A stretch of DNA of 58,442 bases from a virus. Lineage: Duplodnaviria; Caudoviricetes. The notes beneath the pieces were generated by a model. The model was given only the letters and a program-made list of their open reading frames with translations. It ran no database searches and was not told the origin of the DNA. A program made the translations under genes and the position numbers. Positions 1-9,440 of the stretch are shown in pieces. Position 1 is the first letter of the stretch; each line of letters opens with the position of its first letter. The stretch covers positions 1-58,442 of IMG/VR virus record IMGVR_UViG_3300044641_000792; one strand, 5' to 3'.

Positions 1-1728
1 ACCATCAGACAGCACGATGTGGTTGCTTGCTGTGCGAATGTCTAGGCCACCTTGGTTGCCCGTAAATGCGCCAAGAATGGTGTTTTTAGAACCCGTGGTC
101 ATTACTTGACCAGCACCGCCAACTGAGTCGTTATAAGCACCAACAAAAGTATTACGGATTCCGCTTGTAACGCTATAGCCAGAAGCACGACCTACAAAAC
201 AGTTACCTTCGCTTGTTGTTGAATAACCAGAAAGATGCCCTAAAAATGTATTAAAAGCACCAGTTTGGTTTGTATACCCCGCCTGATAACCCAAAGCGGT
301 GTTGTTAGATGCTGTGGTGTTGCTATTTAAAGCCTGTTGACCAACTGCCACATTGGTTGTACCGCTAGTATTTGAATACAACGCTCTTGTTCCAATACCA
401 GTGTTGCTATCACCAGTATTTGCTTCAAGTGCTTGTCTACCAACGGCAGTATTGCTACCACCTGTGGAGTTTGTATATAAAGCCCTTACACCAATGGCTG
501 TGTTTTGACCGCCAGTTGTGTTTGAGTAACCAGCCAAGTAACCAAAATAAGCTAAATCAGTACCCGTAGTGTTTGTATACCCCGCCTGATAACCTACAGC
601 AGTGTTGTTAGATGCTGTGGTGTTTTGGTTAAGAGCCTGATGACCAAAAGCGGCATTATTAGAGCCTGTGCTATTTGCCCCTAATGCCGCCGCACCAAAA
701 GCGTTATTGCTTGCCCCAGTTGTGTTTCCTGTTAATGCGTTATAACCAAGTGCGTTATTAAAATTAGCGGTGGTGTTGGCATTTAAAGCTAATGAACCTA
801 CTGCCGTGTTGTAGCTTCCTGTGCTTGAAGTCTGCAAAGCCGCATAACCAACAGCAACACTATCTTGAGTTGTTGTAGATTGTTGCAAAGCTAATCGACC
901 TACTGCCACATTTTGTACGCCAGTTGTGTTTGAACCAAGTGCTGAACTACCAATACCTGTGTTCTCACCACCAGAGCCTGTCATAGCACTAGCACCCAAT
1001 GCCGTGTTAGTAGACACAGCACCTGCACCTTTACCAACAGTCAGACCGCTGATAGAGGCATCATTAGCCATCGTTACAGTAGTGCCGTTGAATGTGAAGT
1101 TGGCAGAGTCAACTAAATTACCTGATGCACCCGCATAGAGAACACGACCAGATGTCAAAGAAGAATCAGTCAGGTCATTGACAGTCAGCGTAGTGCCGTT
1201 GAATGTCATGTTGGAAGAACCAGCCAATACGCCCGAACTGTTGAACTGAACCTGAGTGTTAGAACCACCAGCCGCGCCAGCCGTAGCCGTACCAACAACC
1301 TTCACATAGTCTGTGCCGTTGAAGTAAACAAACGCTGTCTCGCCTACAGCCACAGAAACACCAGTCTGGCCTGATGCTTTGAACGTAACGATGCCGCCCG
1401 TAGCAGCGTTCACCACTGTGTATGTCTTGCTGTAACTTGGGCCTGTGACCACTTTGGCAGTTGTTAGCGTACCTGTGACTCTAACAATGGCAAACTGGGC
1501 TGTAACTGTACCCGCGCCCGTGAGGGTGGATGTGATGTTAGAAGCTGATGCATCACCAGTGGTGTTAGCCAGAGTGACTGCGCCGTCATCTGTTAGAGTT
1601 AACGTACCAGCAATAGCAATATTGGTGTACTGCGTAATACCATTGTTAACGGTATCGCCCCATGTGCCAGATAGTTCGCCCTGTACGGGAAGAGCTAAAC
1701 CTAGTTGTCCTGTTGTGCCTGTAGCCAT
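1..1728 (-). CDS. Tail fibre protein, 3'-truncated by the window edge (>576 aa)
   Basis: Not in the ORF track; read manually. ATG at 1728 with GGAG RBS, MATGTTGQLGLALPVQGELSGTWGDTVNNG..., followed by many ~14-aa NTAxGxxAL/NTTG beta-helix repeats. Frame stays open to base 1. Confidence 0.85.
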   Translation of the reverse strand, partial: MATGTTGQLGLALPVQGELSGTWGDTVNNGITQYTNIAIAGTLTLTDDGAVTLANTTGDASASNITSTLTGAGTVTAQFAIVRVTGTLTTAKVVTGPSYSKTYTVVNAATGGIVTFKASGQTGVSVAVGETAFVYFNGTDYVKVVGTATAGAAGGSNTQVQFNSSGVLAGSSNMTFNGTTLTVNDLTDSSLTSGRVLYAGASGNLVDSANFTFNGTTVTMANDASISGLTVGKGAGAVSTNTALGASAMTGSGGENTGIGSSALGSNTTGVQNVAVGRLALQQSTTTQDSVAVGYAALQTSSTGSYNTAVGSLALNANTTANFNNALGYNALTGNTTGASNNAFGAAALGANSTGSNNAAFGHQALNQNTTASNNTAVGYQAGYTNTTGTDLAYFGYLAGYSNTTGGQNTAIGVRALYTNSTGGSNTAVGRQALEANTGDSNTGIGTRALYSNTSGTTNVAVGQQALNSNTTASNNTALGYQAGYTNQTGAFNTFLGHLSGYSTTSEGNCFVGRASGYSVTSGIRNTFVGAYNDSVGGAGQVMTTGSKNTILGAFTGNQGGLDIRTASNHIVLSDG

Positions 1729-1737
1729 TTAAAACTC

Positions 1738-2457
1738 CTAATTCGTTGAAACATCAGCCCAAGCTGCTGTCTGTGTGTTACCAATATTCTGCCAATTGGC
1801 TGTCTGCGTGTTACCGATATTCTGCCAGTTTGCGGTCTGCGTGTCATCTATAACACTCCACCCAAACGCCTGTGAAAATGCGTTAACCGCTCCAGTTGCC
1901 GATACGCCCGTTAAGGCTATTGACTTGTTAATTCCTATTGACCCAACTGCGCCTGTTGCAGCTACACCCGTTAAAGCCGGAGAATGCAAAACACCCAGTG
2001 TTCCAACCGCACCCGCCGATACCACACCTGTCAAAGCTACGGAGAACGCTGGAACCACCGTCCCAACAAACCCGCTGGCAAAAGTCCCATTCTCAACAAT
2101 AATGTACGATGGTACGACCGTTCCTACATCACCCGTTGCCGATACACCCGTCAGAGCTATCGCTGTACTACTTACTACCGTTCCGACCTCGCCGGTTGCT
2201 TGAACACCTGTCAGGGCTATTGCTTTTTCAATACCTACTGACCCTACGGCTCCCGTTGCCGCTACGCCTGTGATAGCTGTCTCAGTGCTTGCTACAACCG
2301 TCCCAACCAACCCAGATGCCGTTACACCTGAGAGAGCTACCTCAACACTTATCTTTACTAACCCAACTGCGCCCGTTGCTTCAACGCCCGTGATGGCAAG
2401 TTCACCGCCGCCCCAGACACTACTACCCCATGTACCATCGCCCCATCCAAGAGACAT
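1738..2457 (-). CDS. Virion structural protein with ALTGVxATGxVG repeats
   Basis: About 10 tandem ~20-aa repeats and a WQNIGNTQTA C-terminal repeat; tail-module context. Confidence 0.65.
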   Translation of the reverse strand: MSLGWGDGTWGSSVWGGGELAITGVEATGAVGLVKISVEVALSGVTASGLVGTVVASTETAITGVAATGAVGSVGIEKAIALTGVQATGEVGTVVSSTAIALTGVSATGDVGTVVPSYIIVENGTFASGFVGTVVPAFSVALTGVVSAGAVGTLGVLHSPALTGVAATGAVGSIGINKSIALTGVSATGAVNAFSQAFGWSVIDDTQTANWQNIGNTQTANWQNIGNTQTAAWADVSTN

Positions 2458-2461
2458 GACA

Positions 2462-2962
2462 TCAAGTTGTAGACAAACGCAATAACGCAGTTGTCGTTGA
2501 ACTTGTCGGCATCGTCAACGTAAACACCCCAGACGTAATGGTCTGGCTACTGAATGTGTGAACGCTAACCGCTGTGTCGCCCTGTGTGGAGTTGTAAATC
2601 AACACCGCATCAAAAGCAGCAAAGGTTACAGGTGTTGCCGTGGCCCCGTAGACAATACTTGCCGAAGGAGTCCAATACGCCACCCCTGCGGTAGCTGAAG
2701 CGTTTGTAGCTACAGGCACATTGGCATTGGTAATTGCCACACCACCAGCCGAATAGTTGGCTGACGACACTTCATTGCTCGCACTGTAAGCAGTGGTTGA
2801 TGCGTTAACAGTGGCACCCACCAAATACAAAGCCGCCTTAAACGTGTCTACAGTTGGGGCAGTCAAACTACCCCTGCTGGTCAACGTAATAGTGCCAAAT
2901 TGGTGACCGCCATTCAATAACTGCCCCATGAAAGAGGTGCACATACTTTGAGTATTCGCCAT
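2462..2962 (-). CDS. Tail/virion structural protein (paralog of 3154..3570)
   Basis: FKAALY...NEVS..Y.AGG...LIYNST motif pattern. Confidence 0.6.
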   Translation of the reverse strand: MANTQSMCTSFMGQLLNGGHQFGTITLTSRGSLTAPTVDTFKAALYLVGATVNASTTAYSASNEVSSANYSAGGVAITNANVPVATNASATAGVAYWTPSASIVYGATATPVTFAAFDAVLIYNSTQGDTAVSVHTFSSQTITSGVFTLTMPTSSTTTALLRLSTT

Positions 2963-2965
2963 GAT

Positions 2966-3157
2966 TTATCCTAGTGATGCTGCTTCAAGACCCGCCAACA
3001 TGGATTTTTTCAAAGCCACATGAGCAGAACGATGTACTAATTCGCCGTCCAACCAATACTCCACCCATGTGGTTGTTTCGTTGTCATTATCCAATGAACC
3101 TTCACGCTTTTCAAGCAATGATTCGTCCATGTCACCTTTGGTTGTTGTAACAATCAA
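2966..3157 (-). CDS. Hypothetical virion-module protein
   Basis: 63-aa ORF translationally coupled in the operon. Confidence 0.6.
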   Translation of the reverse strand: MIVTTTKGDMDESLLEKREGSLDNDNETTTWVEYWLDGELVHRSAHVALKKSMLAGLEAASLG

Positions 3158-3570
3158 TTTGAACTCCTAATAAGAGCCGCCGTAGCTGTATTGGCAGGCA
3201 TTGTGATGGTGAAATTTGTAGATGTTTTGTCAGACCCAAAGTCCAACACCGCAATAGATTTATTACCTTGCGTGACGTTATAGATCAAAGCACAACGAGC
3301 CGTAACGGATGCGTTAAACACCACATCAGCAAAGTCTACAAAAGCTGTATACCCGGAGGAATTAATGGTTACGCCTGTCAGCGTTACGCCACCCGCCACG
3401 TAGCCGCCACCGGTAACTTCTGCAGTTGTCGTGTAAACAGTTGTTTCTTCGTTTAAATTAGCATTGGCTGTGTATAGGGCGATCTTTAGCGTATTGGTCG
3501 CTAAGTTGTGAACGCCTGTGTATAGCTCTGTTTTAAAGCTAGTAGTCTGGGTTTGGAGAATGCTACTCAT
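3154..3570 (-). CDS. Tail/virion structural protein
   Basis: LKIALYT...EVTGGGYVAGG...ALIYNVT; paralog of 2462..2962. Confidence 0.6.
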   Translation of the reverse strand: MSSILQTQTTSFKTELYTGVHNLATNTLKIALYTANANLNEETTVYTTTAEVTGGGYVAGGVTLTGVTINSSGYTAFVDFADVVFNASVTARCALIYNVTQGNKSIAVLDFGSDKTSTNFTITMPANTATAALIRSSN

Positions 3571-4406
3571 GTGACCGCCACTCTATATTGACCATCACGA
3601 TAAGCATCAGCACGTTGCTTGCCATCTGACAAGTTTTTATACAGAGCAATAGCCTGGACGTAACGCTCTTGGGCCAGCTTAACCATATCCGCTTCACCTT
3701 TCATGTAGGTGTAAGCCTCACAGATAGTTCCATACAACAATACAGAATCAAAGTTATCACCTAGCCAAGTAGTTCCAGCAGTAACAATAGACTCAGGATA
3801 GTAGTTGTAGTGAAGCTCTGCGATGTATGCGGCACTTGGAGTAGGCCCAACAATGAACGTCAATTCATTTACATCATCTGACCGGGGGCCAAAGATTGCG
3901 TAGTGTTTGGGTTCACTGACCTGTGCAGACAAGGGATAAGCTTCACGGATGAAGTTAACGTCCTTGTTCAAGAGATACAAGTAATCACCTTGGAAGACAA
4001 TAGAGCCTGATACCGTACCGCTATTTGCAACAGTTAATGTGATTGTGGTTCCAGCAATGCTACGAACCTGTGCATTAGTGCCAATCCCTGTCCCAGTTGC
4101 CTGCTGGCCCACAGCAATACCTGTCGTACTAGCCACCACAATTGTTTTCTGCCCAGATGTTCCTGTAGCAGTTGTAGTGTTATACGGATATACGGCAAGG
4201 CTATATACCGACAGAAAGTCTGTCGGGCACTGGAGGTACTTATTACCAGTAGTTAATGCGCCCGTCACGTTCTTTCGCAAATTAGCAGGCTGCGCGGTGT
4301 TATAGATGCGCTGCTCCGCCTGACGAATAAACGTATTTATATTGTCAGTTGGGAAAGAGTTCTCGCAGTAATCGCTTACCTGCGTGACAAGCTCACTGTA
4401 GTTCAC
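3567..4406 (-). CDS. Head-tail adaptor / tail tubular protein A-like
   Basis: MNYSELVTQVSDY...FIRQAEQRIYN N-terminus and LLYGTICEAY C-terminal helix typical of podophage adaptors. Confidence 0.6.
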   Translation of the reverse strand: MNYSELVTQVSDYCENSFPTDNINTFIRQAEQRIYNTAQPANLRKNVTGALTTGNKYLQCPTDFLSVYSLAVYPYNTTTATGTSGQKTIVVASTTGIAVGQQATGTGIGTNAQVRSIAGTTITLTVANSGTVSGSIVFQGDYLYLLNKDVNFIREAYPLSAQVSEPKHYAIFGPRSDDVNELTFIVGPTPSAAYIAELHYNYYPESIVTAGTTWLGDNFDSVLLYGTICEAYTYMKGEADMVKLAQERYVQAIALYKNLSDGKQRADAYRDGQYRVAVT

Positions 4407-4666
4407 GCCATCGGCCCTCTAGACATAAAGCCTTTGGTGGCCGCGCCAGCCCCACGCATTTTGATACCAGTTGTTTTAGTTGCTGGCTGAGGACGACGAT
4501 AAACATTGCCTACAGCCATATTGACTGTTCCGGCATCGCTGTGATCTGGGCCAGAACCTGGGTTCTCAGAAGCTTTAACAACTTTACCAGTCATTGTGTG
4601 CGGTGTGGCATAGACTTCAGCATCGCCAACTTCTTTACCCATCAATTTTTTGCTAAATGTAGCCAT
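4403..4666 (-). CDS. Small basic virion-module protein
   Basis: C-terminal RGAGAATKG motif, coupled ORF. Confidence 0.6.
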   Translation of the reverse strand: MATFSKKLMGKEVGDAEVYATPHTMTGKVVKASENPGSGPDHSDAGTVNMAVGNVYRRPQPATKTTGIKMRGAGAATKGFMSRGPMA

Positions 4667-4668
4667 GA

Positions 4669-4857
4669 TTAACCTCGTTTCTGTGCGGCAATCTTTGCCA
4701 AGTTACGACCCATAGTCCTCATGTCAGAGTTAGTTTTACCTTTACCCTTACCTGTTCCGCCCATCATTTCTTTCTGGGAGGGGCCGCTCGTAGGAAAAAC
4801 TTGAACATCAGTCTTACCTTTTTTAACGATTCCATCGGCTGATTTTGTATATGCCAT
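4669..4857 (-). CDS. Small basic protein (MAYTKSADGIVKKGKT...)
   Basis: Start reassigned to ATG at 4857 with GGAG RBS. Confidence 0.6.
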   Translation of the reverse strand: MAYTKSADGIVKKGKTDVQVFPTSGPSQKEMMGGTGKGKGKTNSDMRTMGRNLAKIAAQKRG

Positions 4858-4867
4858 TTTAAGCTCC

Positions 4868-5251
4868 TTAAGATACTGTAACTGTACCAACAAATGTGGT
4901 TGCCACCAAGTAGTTTGGTGTCAATCCTGCATCATTTAAACTAGCCCCACCCACAGGTGCCCAGCCCCACTGAATGTTTCTTGAACCACCAGATAGATTT
5001 CCAGCAGAGTTAACACCAGAAGTTACATACGTTGTATCCCTGCGAGGATTACGTAGTGCCTGTGGATCATCTACTGGAAACGTACCTAACATCAACTGAG
5101 GCTGATCGGGATCCCAGCATTCTGGACAAACCAACAACTGATATTTACGTTGCTTAATGATCTCAGTCTTAAGCGCCTTCAGCTGATACTGTTGACCACA
5201 ACGATCACATTCAGCAATCGCTATCTTGCCGGATGCAAACCTATTACCCAT
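4868..5251 (-). CDS. Zn-ribbon hypothetical protein
   Basis: CDRC...CPEC. Confidence 0.6.
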   Translation of the reverse strand: MGNRFASGKIAIAECDRCGQQYQLKALKTEIIKQRKYQLLVCPECWDPDQPQLMLGTFPVDDPQALRNPRRDTTYVTSGVNSAGNLSGGSRNIQWGWAPVGGASLNDAGLTPNYLVATTFVGTVTVS

Positions 5252-6177
5252 TACGTGCTACCAATAAACATCTGACGAGGAACAAACCGAATAGCCGCTT
5301 TCTCTCGGTCTTCACCAGCCGCTATTTCAAATGTTTCGTCGTATATCTGTTTTAACATCTGAATACGCGGCATCAATTCAGGTACTTTGATAGCAATGTG
5401 ATACGCCAAGCCAGCTACCAAACAAGGCAGAAAGCGGAAGTTCATGTCTGCTGTTTCCATACCAGCACCAGCATCTTGTACGCGACGCAAACGATAGTAC
5501 ACAAATTGGTACGGCGTAGAGTTATCTGGCGTAGGCCAAACAGTTACCGCTGGAAGCTGGGGAACAAACACGGGTGTCGCAACGTTGTGAGACACGGCAG
5601 TTGTATTGTTCTGTCCACGGAACACTCCACCTAGTACATTTCCTGTTACATAGGTGTAGTAAATGTCTTCTGAATCAAGGCGAATAAACCCTGATCCAGC
5701 TATTCCAACTACAGAATTAAGCGTAATCGTTGTATCCGTAGCAGAGATTGCTGATGCAAGAATTAATGCAGTTGGATTAGTCTCACCAGAAAGCCTTTGA
5801 ATCCAGACCTGAATTGGACGAGCTTGCTGAAGTTTGTTAGGAATGGTTGCATAAGTAGAAACACTAATGCGAGTAATAGTCAGGTCAGCCTGAGTAGAGG
5901 CTGTATTCTGCCCAGTACGAATAACGTGCTCTAACAAATCAATGGTGTCTGTAGGTAATGCGTATGTGGACAGGCCAGGAGTTAGGTTAATAATACCTTG
6001 CTCCATTGTCCACATATTGATACCTTTAGACTGCCACTCAATGGTCATTAGATTCATAGAGCGACGAGCAGTTCTTAGGTCATAACCAGACCGCATCTCA
6101 CGGCCAGCACGTTCCCATGCCTCTTCAGCAATCTCCGTGAAGTCCATATTGAAAAGCGTTGATCCAGTAGTGCTCAT
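5251..6177 (-). CDS. Head-tail connector/adaptor-like virion protein
   Basis: ARRSMNLMTIEW...WT...G.S.Y.LP and VWPTPD...FLPCLVAGLAY pattern; structural context. Confidence 0.55.
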   Translation of the reverse strand: MSTTGSTLFNMDFTEIAEEAWERAGREMRSGYDLRTARRSMNLMTIEWQSKGINMWTMEQGIINLTPGLSTYALPTDTIDLLEHVIRTGQNTASTQADLTITRISVSTYATIPNKLQQARPIQVWIQRLSGETNPTALILASAISATDTTITLNSVVGIAGSGFIRLDSEDIYYTYVTGNVLGGVFRGQNNTTAVSHNVATPVFVPQLPAVTVWPTPDNSTPYQFVYYRLRRVQDAGAGMETADMNFRFLPCLVAGLAYHIAIKVPELMPRIQMLKQIYDETFEIAAGEDREKAAIRFVPRQMFIGST

Positions 6178-6407
6178 CTAAATCCTGCCGTTTTCTTTGC
6201 TATTGCTTTAGGTTGAGCTACAAACTGTTTGCCAGATGCCTTGCCAGCACGTTTGGCTTTGGTTGTAGCCGCATATTCTTGCGGAGACAAAGACTTAATA
6301 GCCTTCTCTGGTAAGTATCGCTCACCTGTTTTACTTGACGGCTTTCCACTCTTGGTGCGCCACTTCTGGTCGCCCCAATCTTTGAGGGATTGCTGTGGTG
6401 CTTTCAT
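6174..6407 (-). CDS. Small basic conserved phage protein
   Basis: QQSLKDWGDQKWRTKSGKPS...GERYLP. Confidence 0.65.
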   Translation of the reverse strand: MKAPQQSLKDWGDQKWRTKSGKPSSKTGERYLPEKAIKSLSPQEYAATTKAKRAGKASGKQFVAQPKAIAKKTAGFR

Positions 6408-6688
6408 TTATATCTACCACCTGCGGCTTTGTAGCGTTTAGCCATTAGCTGAGCTTTACGAGCTGACCACTGGCCTGCACCCGTACCCTGTACTGCGGCG
6501 GCTTTAACGCTGTTAAAGATCCGTTTACGTAACTCAGGCTTGGTATAGTTACCAGCTTCGTTTACCTTGGACTTTACTTCGCCGCCTTCAGCATATTGCG
6601 TGAAGTCAGTATTATCCCGACGAGCTTTACGCTTGCCTTTGGGCATCTTACTGGGGAGGATGGCTCCCATTCCACGGCTGGCTAACAT
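6404..6688 (-). CDS. Small basic protein with YAEGG motif
   Basis: MLASRGMGAI..., GQWSARKAQL...YKAAGG. Confidence 0.65.
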   Translation of the reverse strand: MLASRGMGAILPSKMPKGKRKARRDNTDFTQYAEGGEVKSKVNEAGNYTKPELRKRIFNSVKAAAVQGTGAGQWSARKAQLMAKRYKAAGGRYK

Positions 6689-6689
6689 A

Positions 6690-7052
6690 TCAGCAAATCC
6701 CACCATTTTTCATGGTAATCATTGTACCTTTAGTCTTACCTTTAGTAATGCAACCATCAGCACGTTTAGATGCAGAAGAAACTTTACCGCCCTTAGCCAT
6801 CTCACGAGGAGATGGAGGCATACGTTTTTCTTTGGTAAAAATGTTAGCGTTAGCTTTATCGCTATCGTCAGTAGACTCTGGCGGCATTGCGGCTTTACGA
6901 CGACCTTCATTGCCAGGGTTTTTATTCCCTTGTCTAACTTTTTCGTCTAACTCTTCTTTAGATTTTTTATCAGCCTCATCTTTTTTGCCTTTGGCATATA
7001 GACCACCCATGATAGGTGCCGCCGCTAATAATCTTGATCCCATGGTAAACAT
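6690..7052 (-). CDS. Small basic protein, ASKRADG family
   Basis: C-terminus MAKGGKVSSASKRADGCITKGKTKG; start probably 7052 (RBS GGAG). Confidence 0.65.
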   Translation of the reverse strand: MFTMGSRLLAAAPIMGGLYAKGKKDEADKKSKEELDEKVRQGNKNPGNEGRRKAAMPPESTDDSDKANANIFTKEKRMPPSPREMAKGGKVSSASKRADGCITKGKTKGTMITMKNGGIC

Positions 7053-7063
7053 AATGAACTCCT

Positions 7064-8101
7064 TTAGCAGATCTTGCAACGAGTCTTGCCTTTAGTGGCA
7101 ATACCGTCAGCACGTTTAGAGGCAGATGAAACCATTCCACCGGAAGCATACTTCTTAACTGCGCCGCCGCGTTTCTTGGCGGTAACATCAGTTACGTCAG
7201 TGTCTTTGCTATAACCCAATTGCTTTTTGGGAGCGCCTTTAGATCCAGCTTTTGCCGCGCCTTCGTAGTCACGAACAAGAAAGTCTTTGCCAGTTACTGT
7301 GCCTGGACGCTCTAGTCTTTTGGCATCTGATGCTTTTGCGCGTTTAAACAATTTGCCAAACTTACCCAATTTAGTTTTTGCTAACAATGCGGCGGCGGCG
7401 GCGGCAGCGGCACCACCGCCCATCATCAAAGCACTTGGATCTTCTTCCAAAGCTTTCTTAGCATCATCGCGCATCTTGGGGATGTTCATTTTATTGGCAG
7501 CCTTCTCTTCATCACGAGGGCCACCATGTGTAGCAATAGGAGGGCTTGTGCCAGCATCACTTCGCATACCGCGCATTGCGCCTGCATACTGAGGAGACTT
7601 ATTTGTCTCTTTAGGTTTAGACGCAACAGGCTTAACTGGAGTTTTTACAATTGGCTTTGTACGGGGGCCAGTATTTTCAGTAATTTTATCCGAGTCAAAT
7701 GCGCCTTCAAGCATAGCGCGTTCGCTTGCCGTACCTGCATTTGGTCTGTATCCCTCATCTTGATTTCTACTACTAAAATCAGAACCCGCTGAAATCAAGT
7801 TTTGCATCTTCCCGCTTTCTTCATTAGGAGAGGGCATTCTTGGTGCAGGTGGAATACGCGGAACAATCTGAGGTTTACTCTCGGTAGTTGTTGCGGCAGT
7901 AGCGCGACCACGGCCAGCACCAAAGCGCTTGTAAGCTTCAGAGGAGGGGTCGTCAATGTTACCTGCGCGAATACGCTCAAAGAAACCTACGGGAGCTTCT
8001 TTGTTAGAAGCGTTTAAGCCACGTTGCTTAGCGGTTGCCTCATCAACTGGGCCACCCTCATCAAAGCGTTTAAATTTCTTCATTGGTTTTTTGGTAGCCA
8101 T
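7064..8101 (-). CDS. Low-complexity basic protein, ASKRADG family
   Basis: N-terminal FDEGGPV; C-terminal YASGGMVSSASKRADGIATKGKTRC. Confidence 0.7.
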   Translation of the reverse strand: MATKKPMKKFKRFDEGGPVDEATAKQRGLNASNKEAPVGFFERIRAGNIDDPSSEAYKRFGAGRGRATAATTTESKPQIVPRIPPAPRMPSPNEESGKMQNLISAGSDFSSRNQDEGYRPNAGTASERAMLEGAFDSDKITENTGPRTKPIVKTPVKPVASKPKETNKSPQYAGAMRGMRSDAGTSPPIATHGGPRDEEKAANKMNIPKMRDDAKKALEEDPSALMMGGGAAAAAAAALLAKTKLGKFGKLFKRAKASDAKRLERPGTVTGKDFLVRDYEGAAKAGSKGAPKKQLGYSKDTDVTDVTAKKRGGAVKKYASGGMVSSASKRADGIATKGKTRCKIC

Positions 8102-8110
8102 ATCAACTCC

Positions 8111-8605
8111 TTAGCAGGCCATGCCGCCGCGTTTCATTGCAATCATTGTGCCCTTGGTTTTGCCTTTAGTAGCAACACCATTGGGAGTTTTACCAGTCTT
8201 TACTGCGCCCATTTTAGATGGAGCCACTCCACCTTTGGCAAGTTTAGTCATGGTTGCACCTTTGTGCAAACGGCCTTCGTGTTTGTTCACGGCCTTTTGC
8301 ATCATCTTCTTATCCATCTTGACATCTTTGTGGGCCATGCCACCTTTAGCCATTTTGCCTACGCCGTCAGCGGCAAAAGACGGAACTTTTTTTCCATCTT
8401 TCATAACCATTGGCATGCCGCCATCTGCATATCCGCCCATGTTCATCTTTTTCATATCGCCACCTTTAGAAAATTTCTTGCCTTTATCGGCAGTTACAAA
8501 GTCTTTACCCACTGATGTAGGCACTCCGGCTTTCTTAGCAAACGATGGCGAATTAGCTATCGCGGCCATGAAATTGTGTTGCTTCTTACTTGTGCTCGGC
8601 ATCAT
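8111..8605 (-). CDS. Lys/Met/Gly-rich protein with multiple xAxGG motifs
   Basis: FSKGG, YADGG, MAKGG, LAKGG, MKRGG motifs. Confidence 0.7.
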   Translation of the reverse strand: MMPSTSKKQHNFMAAIANSPSFAKKAGVPTSVGKDFVTADKGKKFSKGGDMKKMNMGGYADGGMPMVMKDGKKVPSFAADGVGKMAKGGMAHKDVKMDKKMMQKAVNKHEGRLHKGATMTKLAKGGVAPSKMGAVKTGKTPNGVATKGKTKGTMIAMKRGGMAC

Positions 8606-8844
8606 TTCCCCGCTGAAAGAAGCTGGTCAATTTTTGCTTCAAGCTTGTTAAAACGTTGGTCAATGTGGTTAGTAATTTTGTCAATTTCTGCTTGAGTAAC
8701 GTTATCACGGGCAACCTCCTCACGAGTTTTGTTCAACAGGATCGTGACACGAGCCAGCTCCCTGAACTTTTCATTCATCATATAGCCTAACAATCCAATC
8801 ACTAAGGACAGGACGGCAGACCAAGCGGTGTTTAGATCTAGCAC
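8602..8844 (-). CDS. Small membrane protein with coiled coil
   Basis: N-terminal hydrophobic segment plus heptad-like tail. Confidence 0.6.
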   Translation of the reverse strand: MLDLNTAWSAVLSLVIGLLGYMMNEKFRELARVTILLNKTREEVARDNVTQAEIDKITNHIDQRFNKLEAKIDQLLSAGK

Positions 8845-9185
8845 ATCCGACCTTTTGTTTTGCCACGTTGGGCTATACCATCAGCGCGTTTAGAAGCAGG
8901 CACCTTTCCTCCGCGTGAATAATCATCACTCATCCTTGGAGTTCTATTGCTACTACTTTGGCGTGGAGAACCAAAATTTAATTGACCTGTTATTTCCGGC
9001 TCTCGTTCTCTTTCTTTGTAATCTTTTGCAGAACGTGAACCAGTAATTCGATCAAAAGTATATTTATCAGGAAATGTTTTTGTTTTAGGTTTAGCGCCAC
9101 CAACGCCGCCGCTTGTTGGTGAGGAAGAACCGCCGCCGCCACCACCACCACGATTTGGATCGTATTCATTAATACTGCGTTTCAT
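8838..9185 (-). CDS. Small basic protein, ASKRADG family
   Basis: C-terminus YSRGGKVPASKRADGIAQRGKTKGRMC. Confidence 0.65.
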   Translation of the reverse strand: MKRSINEYDPNRGGGGGGGSSSPTSGGVGGAKPKTKTFPDKYTFDRITGSRSAKDYKEREREPEITGQLNFGSPRQSSSNRTPRMSDDYSRGGKVPASKRADGIAQRGKTKGRMC

Positions 9186-9194
9186 AGCACTTCC

Positions 9195-9440
9195 TTAACA
9201 ATTCCAAGCTCTAAGAGCTTTATTGATTCTTGAATCTGGATCGTTGGCGGTCTTGGCAGAGGTTAGCTTCTTTTTCATCCCGCCCATCCTCGCACAGAAA
9301 GAGTCGCGCCGAGAGCCGCCTTCCGGCTGGGGAGGTTTCAAGTTCATACCTTGCGCTTTCGCGGAGGCCCGACCCTTGGCGTTTAAACCGCCCTTCTCGG
9401 ACTTGCCCTCTTTCCTCTGCCATGCTGGAGACTTAGCCAT
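9195..9440 (-). CDS. Small basic conserved phage protein
   Basis: MAKSPAWQRKEGK...GGLNAKGRAS...RRDSFCARM...ALRAWNC. Confidence 0.7.
   Translation of the reverse strand: MAKSPAWQRKEGKSEKGGLNAKGRASAKAQGMNLKPPQPEGGSRRDSFCARMGGMKKKLTSAKTANDPDSRINKALRAWNC

Noticed and set aside
372-2485. Plus-strand ORFs over the tail module (and similar antisense ORFs elsewhere)
   Set aside because: They overlap well-supported minus-strand genes and lack an RBS or recognisable motifs.
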